A stretch of DNA of 63,461 bases, filler included, from Octopus bimaculoides (taxonomy: Eukaryota): the NCBI RefSeq assembly GCF_001194135.2. It is 5 parts of 5 records of this genome, joined end to end, with 100 filler letters (N's around TTAATTAATTAA, not from the genome) between each part and the next. Parts side by side here need not be neighbours in the genome. Positions count along the whole stretch, not along the records: positions 1 to 16,764 come from NC_068999.1; 4 more parts are not named here. One strand, written 5' to 3'. Below are positions 1 through 12,999 of this stretch, piece by piece (the stretch's first letter is position 1; each line of letters opens with the position of its first letter). Below the pieces are notes generated by a model that was not told the DNA's origin, ran no database searches, and saw nothing but the letters and a program-made list of their open reading frames with translations. The position numbers and the translations under genes are program-made.

Positions 1-26
1 TATATGTATATATATGCATGTATATG

Positions 27-59
<33 letters not shown>

Positions 60-270
60 GTATATATATATGTATGTATATATATATGTATGTATATATA
101 TATGTATGTATATGTATATATATATGTATGTATATATATATGTATGTATATGTATATATATATGTATGTATATATAAGTATGTATATGTATGTATATATA
201 AGTATGTATATGTATATATGTTTGTATGTGTATGTATATATATGTTTGTATATGTATGTATATGTATATG

Positions 271-311
<41 letters not shown>

Positions 312-800
312 ATATATGTATATGTATACTTGTACACGTGTGTACATGTATATATATATGTGTATATGTATATACATCTATATATGTATGTGTATATATG
401 TATATGTATATATATATATGTGTATATATATGTATATGTATTTCGTTAAGACTATTGAAAAGGTTGCAAGACACAACGAAAAGTTTAGGAAAATAAAAAT
501 AAGAAATAAGTGGAAATTTTACCGGTGAGTGTGTTAAATTTTAAGGCACAATAAGAAAATGACTCTCCCCAGACACAACAGAATATGTATATGTATATAT
601 ATATATGTATATATGTATATGCTTATATATGTGTATATATATGTCTATGTATATATGTGCATATATATGTGTATATAGGTGGATATATGTATATGTGTGT
701 GTGTGTGTGTATATATATTTGTGTACATATATGTGTGTGATGTGTATCTATGTATATGTCTGTATGTATGTGATTGTAGACAAAGGAAACTCTATGTTAT
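1..800. repeat. Compound (TA)n/(TG)n/(TATG)n microsatellite field
   Basis: Direct reading; ORFs here are low-complexity Y/I/M/V/C artefacts. Confidence 0.95.
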
Positions 801-1639
801 TAATTTCTTGTATGGTGACATGATAACATGTTATGTTGCCAATTGAACTTTCTGATATCTCTGTTTTGAATACTTGAGCAGCTGTGTCCTGACTAGATGT
901 ATTCAAGTTCATACCTGCCTCATCATGTAGGCCTTGAATATTAAAAGTAACCCCACCAGAAACCTTACTACCATTGTTTAAGAAGAGGAGTGAAACATAA
1001 CTGTTTACTTATCTATTGTTTTGTGTGTTGTTTTTCTTATTCAATAACTGTGGCAAATATCACTGTTTTTCTTAGAGTCGTCCATACAAGTCTTTCACAA
1101 TGATGTTGGTCTTACTGCACCATCAGCTAGCTTCTAGTGTGCTTAGTTACGCAGGATTGTCATTTATTGGAACTGATTGATAAATTAGGTCTATAGTAGG
1201 TAGAAATGTTAGCTACTGATGCAGGGTATGGGCCTGTTATTTGCTGCTCTTCAGTGGCAGAATAAGATGATTGTTGGCTGGGAACTTGTGATCTATAGAA
1301 TTAACTTGGTAAGCCTAGGTAAGTCATCATAGCACTCCTCTTCCACATGTTCCACCAGACTAATTGATAACTCCAGGACAATGGGTAGAATATGTAAGTT
1401 AAGGAATTAAAAATATACTGTTTAGAAGAGCAAATAAATGATAGAAAGGAGTTTTGTGCAAATGGATTCTGAGTTGAGAAATTAACTTAACAATTTCAGT
1501 GATGGGAGGATAACCAGTTGGAAAAGTGTTTAATACACAAGAAGTTACTGTGTATGTGTTTCTCTTTGTAATTTAGAGTAAATTTTGACCAGCCATCTAC
1601 TTGGTAGCAAGGTTGTGAAGGAAGGCATCTTGTTTTGTC

Positions 1640-2640
1640 CAATCTTTAAATCATAAGAAGGTCTGGCAGATTTTCATAGTTCCAGATCCTATGATCATTT
1701 GTAGTGTATGAATTAAGGATTTGCGTTCTCTCACTAAAAACCCAAGTCCAGCCATGCTTTTTGCTCCAGACTAGTTGCTCCAATAATAATAGGTATGAAG
1801 TTGAAAGTGTATCTTGGGTACTGGATTTGCAAACTCCTTACCAATGGTCTATAGGGTCCTCTTTCTTTTGTATTTTCCTAACCACATTGGTGTCCAGAGG
1901 GCTGCTGATTTCTACAACAGATACCATATCTTTTCTTGGTCCCACTCAACAGTATTTTGCTGGTTGTGTTTTAACTTAGTGGCTGTTTTAATTTTTAAAT
2001 TCCACCAATATTCTTTTGACCCATCAGTTTCAATATAGTCAATTTTGTCTGTAGGTGTTTTCGTTTTTTGTTATCCTGTTCCAGACCATTCTGCCAAGTA
2101 CCCATATATTATCTTCTCAGTGAGTTGGTCCACTTTTTTATTTTGTTCTTATAAATAGATTTTACCAATGCTCCTCGGGGAGAGATCTGTATCAGCTCTT
2201 ATTTCATATCACTCCTCAAGTTCATTTGCTATCCTAATTATGTTATTGATTTCATAGTCACAGACTTGGGCAAGAGAGTTACTGGTCTCCTTCATCTGCA
2301 GCAGGTCACAATACATGCTTCAATGTTTTCAATGCTTTCTGTGTCACAATACATGCTTCATATGACATCAATGTGGATTGGAGACCATGACCAACATCCT
2401 TGCATAGAAAGTATAGGCTGTCTACAAATCCATTGATATTGAAGTTTCTTGTAACACTGAGTGGCTCTCAAGATCAAACATCTATCTCACTGTGTTCTTG
2501 TATTGACCAGTTCAGATGGCCAAGCATAGGTATGAGGACAAGCACTGTAGAGGTTTTGTGGGCAGTATGCTTATTGTAAGCTAAAAGTACTGATGACCAT
2601 AATTCCTGTACTCTCCTGAGGACATTCCAGGTCCTCTCCT
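1640..2640 (-). mobile_element. Degraded R4/Dong-like (RLE) non-LTR retrotransposon fragment
   Basis: Manual minus-strand translation gives VDSLYFLCKDVGHGLQ (cf. VDRLYLPRKEGGRGL) near 2400 and FNFIPIIIGATSL (RLE C-terminus) near 1780; many stops and frameshifts. Confidence 0.55.
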
Positions 2641-2659
2641 TATTTTATCAGCTTCTTTT

Positions 2660-2745
2660 GTTGAACCACTAGTTATGGATGTAAAACACCAACATCGGTT
2701 GTCAGGTGATGATGGTGGGGACAAGCACAGGCACACAAACATAGA
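2660..2745 (-). mobile_element. 3' fragment of the abundant tRNA/CORE SINE (family A)
   Basis: Similar to 58440-58500 (acaccaacatcggttgtca...ggggacaa.cacag.cacacaaac). Confidence 0.6.
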
Positions 2746-2757
2746 CATAAATATATA

Positions 2758-2790
<33 letters not shown>

Positions 2791-2847
2791 GTGCGTGTGT
2801 ATATATGTGTGTATATATATGTGTGTCTGTGTATATATATGTGTGTG

Positions 2848-2878
<31 letters not shown>

Positions 2879-2939
2879 AAGGCACGTGTGTATATAAATA
2901 TATATATATGTGTGTATGTATGTGTAATGCATGTGTATA

Positions 2940-4366
2940 CATATGGTGGTACCCAAAAGAAACTGCAGTGTTATTTTATTCACTTAGTTTTACATGTTTA
3001 CACTTTTATCGCCTTCAAAGTATCNNNNNNNNNNNNNNNNNNNNNNNNNNNNNNNNNNNNNNNNNNNNNNNNNNNNNNNNNNNNNNNNNNNNNNNNNNNN
3101 NNNNNNNNNNNNNNNNNNNNNNNNNNNNNNNNNGTGTTATTTTATTCACTTAGTTTTACATGTTTACACTTTTATCGCCTTCAAAGTATCCTCCATTTGA
3201 AGCAATGAATTGGTCCAGATGCGTTTTCCACCGGTTGAAGTAGTTCTGGAACTCTTGTGAAGTGATGCCTTTTAATGCCTCTGTTATTTTTTTCTTCACC
3301 TCTTCCACATCTGCAAGATGTTTGTCTCTAAGAACTTTTGTCATCCAGGGGAACAAAAATAAGTCACAGGGAGCAAGGTTGGGTGAATAGGAAGGATGAG
3401 TAAGCAGGGTCATGCCATTTTTGGTCAAAACTGACCCACGCTCAAGGCAATGTGCACAGGTGCATTGTCATGATGAAACCACTATTCTGCACTTTGCCAC
3501 AGGCGAAGGTGTTTTCATCTCACTGCATTTTGCAAATACTTCAGAACTACCATGTAAAATGTCTGGTTAACAGTTTGATCAGGAGGAACAAATTCAGTGC
3601 ATTGATGAAACAAATCAGCATTGTCTTTATTTCACTTACTTTTTGGAGGCATGGTGACGTTGAATACTTCCATTGATTTGATTGCTGCTTTATTTCTGGG
3701 GTGTAACCATAACACATGCTTTCGCCTCCAGTGATGACCTGCAAAGAAAAGTATGGATCAACTTCCAAGTGGTATTTCAGTTCATGACAAGCATTCAGTC
3801 GTGATTGCTTTTGATCTTCTGTGAGCGAGTGAGGCACAAATTTTGCTGAAACTCTTTTCATTTACAATTCCTTGCTCAAAATGTGTTGGCAAGAGCTCCG
3901 GGATACACCAGTCATATCAACAAGTTTGTCAATTGTTCGGTGACAGTCATGATCAGTTCATGAATTTTCAGGTGGTTGACGATTGCCCTGAACAAGGTTG
4001 GTCTTCAAGCAACTAGTGACCGTTCTTAAAGCATGAAAACCACTCATAAACTTGTTTTCCTCTTGGCAGTATCCTTGTAAGCTGTTTGAAGCATAATAAC
4101 TGTTTGAGCCACTGTTTTCCTCAGTAGGAAACAGAATTTCCCAGAAATACAGTTCCTTTGTTTCAGCCATTGAAAAAATTGAAGAAGAGGGGAGAAGTAC
4201 TGCAAGACAAAGACACCTCATGGCAGTACAACCTCACTGGATGACACCAATGGGCAGATTGATGCCTGAGTGTGGCATCAAGTGGCTTCTCGTGACAGAA
4301 GCCTGAACTACCAAGACCTTGTCCTACAGAAAACGTTTTTCTGTTACTTTTGGGTACTGCCTTGTA
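2940..4366 (-). mobile_element. Mariner (D,D34D) DNA transposon, non-functional, both TIRs present
   Basis: Frameshifted transposase pieces 3958-4221, 3547-3861 (FVPHSL = WVPHEL motif, ITGGES) and 3156-3428 (YSPNLAPCD). Imperfect TIRs ggtggtacccaaaagaaac at left and gttacttttgggtactgcc at right; TA flanks in microsatellite. Confidence 0.9.
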
Positions 4367-4441
4367 TATGTGTAATGCATGTTTATATATATGTGTGTAT
4401 ATATATAATTCATTTATGTATATGTATATATAAGTAATGCA

Positions 4442-4483
<42 letters not shown>

Positions 4484-4608
4484 GCATGTATGTATATATG
4501 TAATGCATGTATGTATATATATGTATGTGAGTAATGCATGCATGTACATGTATATATGTGTAATGCGTGTATGTATATGTGTGTAATGCAAGTATGTATA
4601 TGTATATA

Positions 4609-7600
4609 CAGTGGTGGGCACAGCTAAGCAAAAACTTAGCTTCGCTAACCACTAAAAAGGTGAGCTAAACAGGTAAAATTGGCAGAAGCTGACACTAAAT
4701 GATAATCACTAACTTTTCTTGTATAAATTTAGTTTCAGCTTGGTTTTTGGCTTTAACAGACATAGAACTTTTCAAAAAGGTATAGCAGGCAAAGATCAGA
4801 TGATGATCAGGGTGTTTTTCTCTGGCTGAGCCTTCTCCATTGCCTCGATGTGATGCCTGTTGCCCTTCATAAACATCAGTCGCTCAAAGTTACCATCTAA
4901 CATGGTAGATCTCTTGGCTCTCAAAATATCTTTGCCTATAGAGAAGAGGTGCTCAACTGCAACACTGGATGGGATGGTGTGTTATACTTGGGGAACTGGT
5001 CGATCAAGACCTGTTCATCTAAAACGGTGACTTCAGTCAGAACCTCCTTCGAGACAGCCTCCAGCCAAATCTTCACCAAGTTTTACGCCTTGGACTTCAG
5101 TGACCTGTGACTCCTGCTCTCCTGGAACCGAGTGATGTTGCTGAAGAAATCATCTGCCTCAACCTCATTGCTGGTGGTGCTGCTGCCCTCCTCATTGACC
5201 TCCATTAGAGCTGTTTCTATGATGGTTTTAATGACATTCATTACTCTGCTAACTTGGCTGTTATTATACTGTTCCAACCAGGATAGGTAAAACTTGGCAT
5301 GGAAGGTAGTGGCCAGCTGGCACTCCAGGTCTTCTAGGAAGAGCCCAAACCTTTTTGTGATGCCTGCCAGTATCACGTCTACTAGAGGACTGCAGTACAG
5401 GAGATGTTTGAACTTGGCCTCCTTCAACTTCATGACGGTAGCCACTACAGTTTGCAGAAGGCACTCGAGATAAGCCTGGTCCTCCCACTGAATTCTATCC
5501 AAGGCCTTTACAGCATTAGACATCACCTGGGCATACTCTGTCAAGAAGCCATCATCAGAATCAGTGAAGGTCTGCAGCTTCAGCTGTGTCATCACCTTGT
5601 GGATAGCTCCCCAATTCTTCTCCAGCAGGCTGTTGAGGACAACAGCAGAGTCATAGGTAGAGTTCCATCTGGTACTGTTGGGGACCACCAGCCTCCTCTT
5701 CAATGCGTCCAGTATGCTGTCTGCTGCTACCATGCTGCGGCTCTGCAGATTCCACAGCCACTGTACCTTGGACATGGCCTTCCTGTGGGCTGATTTGATC
5801 GAAGCGCTATCAAGAGCCTTGTCAACATCCATGCTGATTACCAAGTAGAAGGTATAGGGTGTGCACTGCATGTGCACTGGCAGGTTTAGGCCCAGGTCAC
5901 TGGACTCATCAAGGATGGCATCAACAGAGATGTATTCAATTTTGTCCACATCCCCAGCCTAACAATCCATGCCCAGGTCCACATCCTTGACGCCCTCCAT
6001 GTCTAGATTGCCAGCAGCTTCAGGAATGTCTGGCAAGAGATCAACTTCTGTACCAAACTGCATGCATGCCATAACAAAGTTTTTGCTGTTGTCCATCGTG
6101 GTCCTGGTCACTTTGTCTTGGAGATGGAACTTGTAATGGATGTCCACCATGGCCTGGGCAAGAACATCAAAGGTGTGATGTCCTCTGAACTGGCATGTTG
6201 TTTCATGCAGGTCTTGGGGTCCAGCCAGCGTGCCATCATCCTCAGGTAGCTCCTGTTGTGGGTCAACCAAACGTCTGCGGTGGTCACCACGCAGTGGGGT
6301 GGCTAGCAACAGTTTAAAATCAATGAAGAAATAATTCACCGTCACTAAGAATGACAAGGATACAGTGAGCACTAGTATTGCTAGAAATAGGAGTCGTAGA
6401 CTTCTTAACCACAAAAGCACATGGTCTCTTTGTATTGACAGAGTAGAAAACCCTCCCCACTCTGAGCGAGATGCATTAGATTAGCATGCTAATTTCATAT
6501 AGGAAATTAATACTCATCAGTAATGCTCATTCTGTCACAGCTAGTAGAGGCCAACTCACCCTGTAAATATTGAGAGTACCATTGGAATCAGTGACTGATT
6601 TCACAAAATGGCAGCGTGAAAATTATAAAATAATGAAGGTGGCTAGCAGCAATTTAAATCCAACAAGGAAATAATTCACCATCACTATATACAGACCGAT
6701 GCAGAGTATGATGAAGACGTACTAAAAATTTTTTTAAAAACTAGCCTCCCATCTGCATCTCCACACAAGCTGTAATGGTTTATTTGAGCATGTAGTTTGT
6801 ACAATTTTTTGCAGATAGGAAGGAGGCAAGACATTTGATTGCAGTATCTTATAACTATATTTTGTTTAAAGAAATCACACAGATTGTAGTTTAACATTTG
6901 TTACTAGGCTGTTCTAAATTCATGGAAATATTACTTTTAATTTAAAGCCTTGCTATTGAACTTTTGAAAATAGTGACACTACCTCAATAGGTAATGCATT
7001 GGGGGCGATGAATAACCAAGATGAGGGATGGAATGATGGTCAGAACTTGATAAGTTCAGAACTTAAGGTTCGTTTATTTGTTATTTCATTAAAGATTGTT
7101 GTTTTGGCTGTACAAACTTAATCATGAGTGGAATATACTGTATACCGTACATTGTATATAATAACATTTATTTCAATTAGCTGTTATATATTTTATTACA
7201 TTAAGAAAATAATTATTTAATGAATAATAAAATTACATTAAGAAAATATGAAGTATCCCATAATAATAATTTAATAATCTTGTGTAATTTTAATTTGTAA
7301 ATACCTTGTAAGATATTCCTGCCCAGAGTGCAGAAAACATCAACGTCTTGCTGGGGTTCAGTGTCTTGATCAGGCTGACCAAGGTGGAGAGCTCCACTAC
7401 ATGCAGTAGTAGCATGTTGTCGACAAACAGGTCTACAATCCTTCTGTCCACCATAGACTAATGGATGCTAGTGCCAGCAGTTTGGGCAAATGCCTCGCCA
7501 ATGCTGGGCTGGCGTGCTTTCTTTGCATGTGGCTGCAACGACTGGCTACTTGTACTACTACAAGAAGATTGTCTGTGTTTCCACAGAAAGAGCCAGCCTT

Positions 7601-8139
7601 GATCCTCTCCTCAAACTGGATGGCATGCGCTGGGTGTTTCCTCTTGATATGCGACTTCAAGTTGTAGAGGCTCACTGATTTCTACCTCACCCACAGCCGT
7701 TGCAAACTCCTCAACAAAGCCTTTATCCTCAGGCCGAACAAAAACGTCTTCATTTTCCATAATGATAGGTGATAACTTGATAAGCCAATAACGTACACTG
7801 CTGTCCATGACACTGTAAGACTGTCTGTAATGTGAGAGTGTCGCAAGTGAACACAACTCAGAACTGCAGCATCGCACAATGCTGATCAGCTAGCTGCTGC
7901 TGTGTCGACCAATCGCATCTTGTCACATGTACACATAGTCAGCCAATAGTGTGCCTCATGGACTTTTTGAGTCACGTTCATAACAGACAGGAACAAGCGT
8001 ATGAATTTTTTTAGTGGAACTAAATTTAGCAGAAGCTAATTGGTCTACTAACGGTTTCCAAAGTTAGCAAAAATGCTAATCTGCTGAACAAAAAGTTAGC
8101 TTCACTTATCAGCTGTTAGCAGAATTGTGCCCACCACTG
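4609..8139 (-). mobile_element. Full-length hAT transposon (3.5 kb) with disrupted transposase
   Basis: Perfect 14-bp TIRs CAGTGGTGGGCACA (4609-4622) / TGTGCCCACCACTG (8126-8139); 8-bp flanks tgtatata/tgtgtata (7/8). BED-finger remnant LYNLKSHIKRKHP (7433-7675); catalytic motifs TTADVW and TTMDNSKNF; RWNSTY; C-terminal SSVAVEHLFS...FERLMFMK near 4870-4970. Confidence 0.93.
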
Positions 8140-8413
8140 TGTGTATATATATGTAATGTGTATAATGCATGTATGTATATGTATATATGTGTAATGCAAT
8201 GTATGCCAAAAGGTCTGCAAATCTAATGGAGGCCTCAAAAGACATTTTAAGATCCACAAAGATCAGAACTTAACTGCAGCTCTTGGTGGCCAAATCGGAT
8301 GTGCAATCTGTGTGGGTGTCTTTTCAAAGTACAGGAGGTGGTCAGACTCTGCATAAGGAGTAGACAACCAACATATATATACATATATACTTGTAATGAT
8401 ATGTATGTGTGTG

Positions 8414-8453
<40 letters not shown>

Positions 8454-8524
8454 ATGCAGGTATGTATATGTGTATATATATATATTTGTAATGCATGTGT
8501 CTATATATGTGTATGTGTGTGATA

Positions 8525-8565
<41 letters not shown>

Positions 8566-8989
8566 CCATTACACACACACATGTATATATATATAATAAT
8601 TGAATATAGAGCCATGTACAATATTTTACCAAAAAGGAAAACTGTAATTTTTACTAAATATGACAAGGGTGTTCAAATACGCTAGTCCTATTTAATGACA
8701 ATTATATGTAATCAGAAATAAGAAAATAAAACTTAGATATGCACAATGTATATATTCGATTGTTCCTCATTAAAAGCTTTAAAAATAGGAGTAGAAATGA
8801 TGCGTTGAACATGGCTCTTTTTCAGAAAAAGGAAAGAGAGAGAAGATAGGTGAAAGAGTCATGGATAAATTAAAATAATTTACAATCAGTTGTACAGATT
8901 TGATGTACTGCAAGGGATTGTGTGTTTGTGTGTATAACTATGCCTCATGAGTCCTTTGCCACCACAGCTCTATGCGAAGTGATGGCAAT

Positions 8990-10100
8990 TATTGATTATA
9001 TTGAAATAGTGGAAATTGATGTACCATCAGCAATTGATGAAATGGTCTTAAACTCAGCCACAGGGCCTGATATATTTTCAACAACCCTCTAAAAAAATGC
9101 GAAGAGTCTCTAAGTAAGACCACTACAAATCTACTAAAGCTTCCTTGCATACTGCAGGCTTCCCCAGAAAGTTAAAGGGTGGCATATGTTCTGTCCATAG
9201 AAGAGATAGCAGAGTGGATGCTAAAAATTATAGGGCTGTCTCTGTAACCTTACATGTTAGTAAAGTCATGGAATGCATTGTCAGGAGGAAGCTAGTCATG
9301 TTCCTAAATGATAACAACTTGCTCCCTGACACCCAGCGTGACTTCTGCTCAGGAAGATGCTGCCTTATACAGCTTCTACTGTGTTATGACTGGTTATTAA
9401 AACAATGAATGAATCGCTCACAAGTGGGTTCAAAGGCCTTTGATAAGTCTGATCACTAGATGATATGTCACAAGCTACAAAAACTCAGCATAGTTGGAAA
9501 ACTGGGAGAGTGGTCACATGACTTCTTAAAAGACAGTAATCAGGATGTGGCAGCCAATAGGTCCTCTCTAAGAAGACAGTAATAGCAAGTGGAGTGCCTT
9601 AGGAAACTGTCTTGAGGTCGCTGCTGTTTATGGTAGCTCTTCTGGACATGCCATCAGTTGTACAGCCACACTTAATTAGCTTTGCCAGAGACACAAAAGT
9701 AGTAAAGGCAGTCAAGGAACCTTTCAATGTAATTTTCTCCAGCAAGACCTTGATATCATATATAAATGGGCTTAAGAAAACAATATGCAATTTAATGTAG
9801 GAAAATTCCAAGCTTTTGGCTATCAGCTAGCTTGTGCTAACACACTGCAACAAAGATACTTTGGACCAAAAGGAGCAACAATCACAGAGTCAAGTACGGT
9901 GATTGATCTGGAGATTGATATGAGCAATAACTCTTTGTTTCATGTACATATCATGAAGATGGTGGCAATGTGTAGGCAAATGGCTGGATGGATTCTGAGA
10001 ACTTTCATCAACCATCTGGACTTTCAACTGTGATCACCCCACAGTATCTGAATAATAATCAACTTGTGGCAGTTCATTGGTGCTACACCAGGAAGATTGC
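8990..10100 (+). mobile_element. Degraded CR1/L2-type LINE reverse transcriptase fragment
   Basis: KNYRAVSVTLHVSKVME (NYRPISL), KAFD, LLFMVAL..FARDTK (YADD equivalent), FNVGK; multiple frameshifts. Confidence 0.8.
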
Positions 10101-10986
10101 ATCAATGAAAGCTGATCTACTGGGAGAGACTTTAAATGTTACTACTCTACTTCCTGAAATGAAGATGATATGTGGTGGTGTACATATTGAAGCTCTTAGA
10201 GGGTTTGGCATCAAAGGTTATACCAAGTTCACCGACTTATTAAAAAAAAGTAAAAAAAGACGTACTGCTGAATGTTCTTTGATAAACTGTGTTAAAAAAA
10301 AATACATGGGAAAGTCACACTTCAAATGGCTATCTTTTAGCAAAAGAGTAGCTTTGAAGAACTTTTAAATAATTTAAAAATAATTTTAATTTTTTTAGGG
10401 TCATTCATACCTTAATTTTTGTCATTCTTGGTCCTTGTACTTAAGTTTGTCATTGCATATGTTTTATGTGTGTTCTCTATCCTGACATGTATTTAGATTC
10501 CATCTACTACACTTGGGTGACTGAAAAATCAAACTGTCTGATATGAACACCTGCTCTCTTTTGTTTTAATGAGGCAAAGGAAAGAGTAGGAGTGTTACAA
10601 GCATGGACCATTGAATTATTATGGTGTAAAAATAAGTTGTATTGTTTGAAGAAATTGGTTCAGTCAAGTGCTGATGTCTGGGAAGTTGTCTCTGGTATGG
10701 AGTTTCATAGTATTGGTGCTGCAGAGAGAAAGAAAGAGAGGCGTGTTGATGTGCATTTTCTTTGCATCTTTCATTACAGTATAAAATCTTGATGCGTATA
10801 TGTATAATGGGTATGCTTAATGTAGAGTGTATGTACTGATGTTAGTGCTTAACAAATAGGCATAAATATATATATATATATATATATAAATGAGAGATAG
10901 AGATAGAGGGTGTGTATGTCATACTGGCTGGGCATCAGTTATTGCTGTAAAAAGAGTTATTAAAGTTTGTCAATTTTTGTCTACAG

Positions 10987-11193
10987 AAACTGTTACCACC
11001 AGGAGGCACCTCTGTTTCCACACCAACAGCAGAGACCGCCTCTCAACAGAGACTATTACCAACAGATAGCAGTTCAGTCACATCTTCAGCAGTGTCAGCC
11101 TCTCAACAGAGGCTGTTACCAGTAGAGGGCAGTTCAGTTTCCACGACAACATCTGTGGCAGCCTCATCAACGGAAAAACCAAACTCAACCAAA
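10987..11193 (+). CDS. Putative internal coding exon (69 codons, phase 0-0) with ~20-aa Ser/Thr-rich repeats; parent gene unidentified
   Basis: Acceptor tttttgtctacAG at 10986, donor aaa|GTGAGT at 11194. Open frame KLLPPGGTSVSTPTAETASQQRLLPTDSSSVTSSAVSASQQRLLPVEGSSVSTTTSVAASSTEKPNSTK with ~60-bp periodicity. Confidence 0.65.
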
Positions 11194-11384
11194 GTGAGTA
11201 ACACCCATCTAGAATACTGTACACTCACCTGCATGACTGTACATATACTCATATACATGTATGACTATACATACACTTTCAGATGCATGTTTCCTTACAC
11301 AATGCATGATTGTACACATCCCTGCACACGTTTTCACATGGGTATCTCCCTTTAGACTCAGGTACATAACTAAATACACACATA

Positions 11385-11439
11385 CCCAGACCGCCTGACT
11401 TTCACCCAGGCGGTCTGGGCTTGATTCCCGGCATGGGAA
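11385..11439 (+). pseudogene. tRNA-Glu(TTC)-derived fragment with fold-back 5' end
   Basis: cctgactttcacccaggcggtctgggcttgattcccggcatgggaa matches the 3' two-thirds of metazoan tRNA-Glu(UUC); D-arm and 5' acceptor strand missing. Confidence 0.65.
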
Positions 11440-12999
11440 TGCTATATTTTCTAAAAAGGCAGTGCTCCAGCATAGCCACAGTCATATGCCTGAAAGAAAT
11501 AAAAGAATAAAGAAATGTTGTTATATGCATCCACACTTCTTTGCAAGCACATGCTACTATCTTGACACGTGTACATAGGAAACCATGTGCCTACCTCATG
11601 TAATGTGTACAGTGCTGATATATATGTTTACCTCTATATACAAGTGTGGTAACTGTACACATGAACATTTACATAGATGTTGTAATAGACCTATGTATCT
11701 ATACACATGCACACCTGTTTATTTTCAAGCACACACACACACATCATATATTCACCTGTTAATTCACACATGCTCCCACCTGTTGATTTACTGATATTTT
11801 CTCATTCACAGACACACAGACATCGTCATACTTAAGTGAAAGTGAGAGATTTCTTATCCTTGTTCCTGTCTGCCCCTACATTAGTGTTATCTAATTTGGC
11901 AAAGTTATTGAATTCACTCGTTTTCATCCTCTCCTCTTAATCATCTTATGTTTTGTCACTTCTCTGATTTTAATGGTAGTTTTAAAACCACCGCTCCTAC
12001 CAATGGCTGTGAGGTTAATATTTTTCAAATATTGATTACATGCTTATGAATTTAAACTTTGTTAGATTCATGACCCTTGTCAGAGAATAGTTGTCCTTTT
12101 CAACTTTGTTGTTTGGTTAATGAGAGGCAAGTATCCATTTCTCCAATAATAAATATGTAACTTCTAAATTTTTAGAACTCAGCCACCCACCCCTTAAGTG
12201 AAAAAAAGTAATTTTTTACTCAAGTGGAATTATAATAAGTAAAATAAGCTCCTCTGATGTCAATTTACCCCACTTAGTTCAGTTCTCTTTCAGTTCTGTC
12301 CCTTCATCCATGCATATTTCCATCACTGTTATAGTATTATTTGTTTATTTTTAACATTTCTTATCACGTTGTTGACCTTATGTATTCCTGTCATTAACTT
12401 TTGTATTGTATGTGAATCTTAAGTATGTTGCTGTCCTATATCTCTCTCTCCAAGAATGACTTCTCATTTCCCTAGTAATCCAGTATTTGACAGGTCATGA
12501 GAAGAAAAAATAAGAGGTTAGTAATGTTACCACAAATAGATTCATGGCTATTTATATCATTATTAAGTCTTCCATAAAAATGATTTTTCTCTGAACTTTA
12601 GTTTCATCAGTTCTCTCTATTCTGCTATCACTCCTCAACAATCACAACTTTACTTCATCTATAATCCCAAGTTTTCAATCACTTCCTTCCCTTCTACCCA
12701 CAAGGCTTGTTTTTGGCATTGTTCTTAAATGTGAGATTTTGAAACTTTGTCCATGGCTATCAGTTTATTAAACTTTTGATGGCTTTATCAATATCTTGAT
12801 TTGTTCTTGTTTAGTCCAAGTTATCTTGATTGAGCAGCCTTATCAAAAGTCCACCCAGCCCTCATTATTGTCTAAGCTGTTTTGTCATTAGCAACACTTT
12901 ACTATTTGTGGTGTCTGTTGAAGGGCTTCCCAATATCTTTTAAAAACAAAAAAATTTAAGTAATACGTAGCCCAAATGAAAAAAGGTAAAAGAAGTGTG

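Noticed and set aside
14-823. Long ORFs rich in Y/I/M/V/C/H/T here and in other microsatellite tracts
   Set aside because: Translations of (TA)/(TG)/(CA) repeats, which lack stop codons.
2968-3190. Direct repeat on both sides of the gap at 3025-3133 (same pattern around 35028-35037)
   Set aside because: Exact overlap of contig ends; an unmerged assembly overlap.
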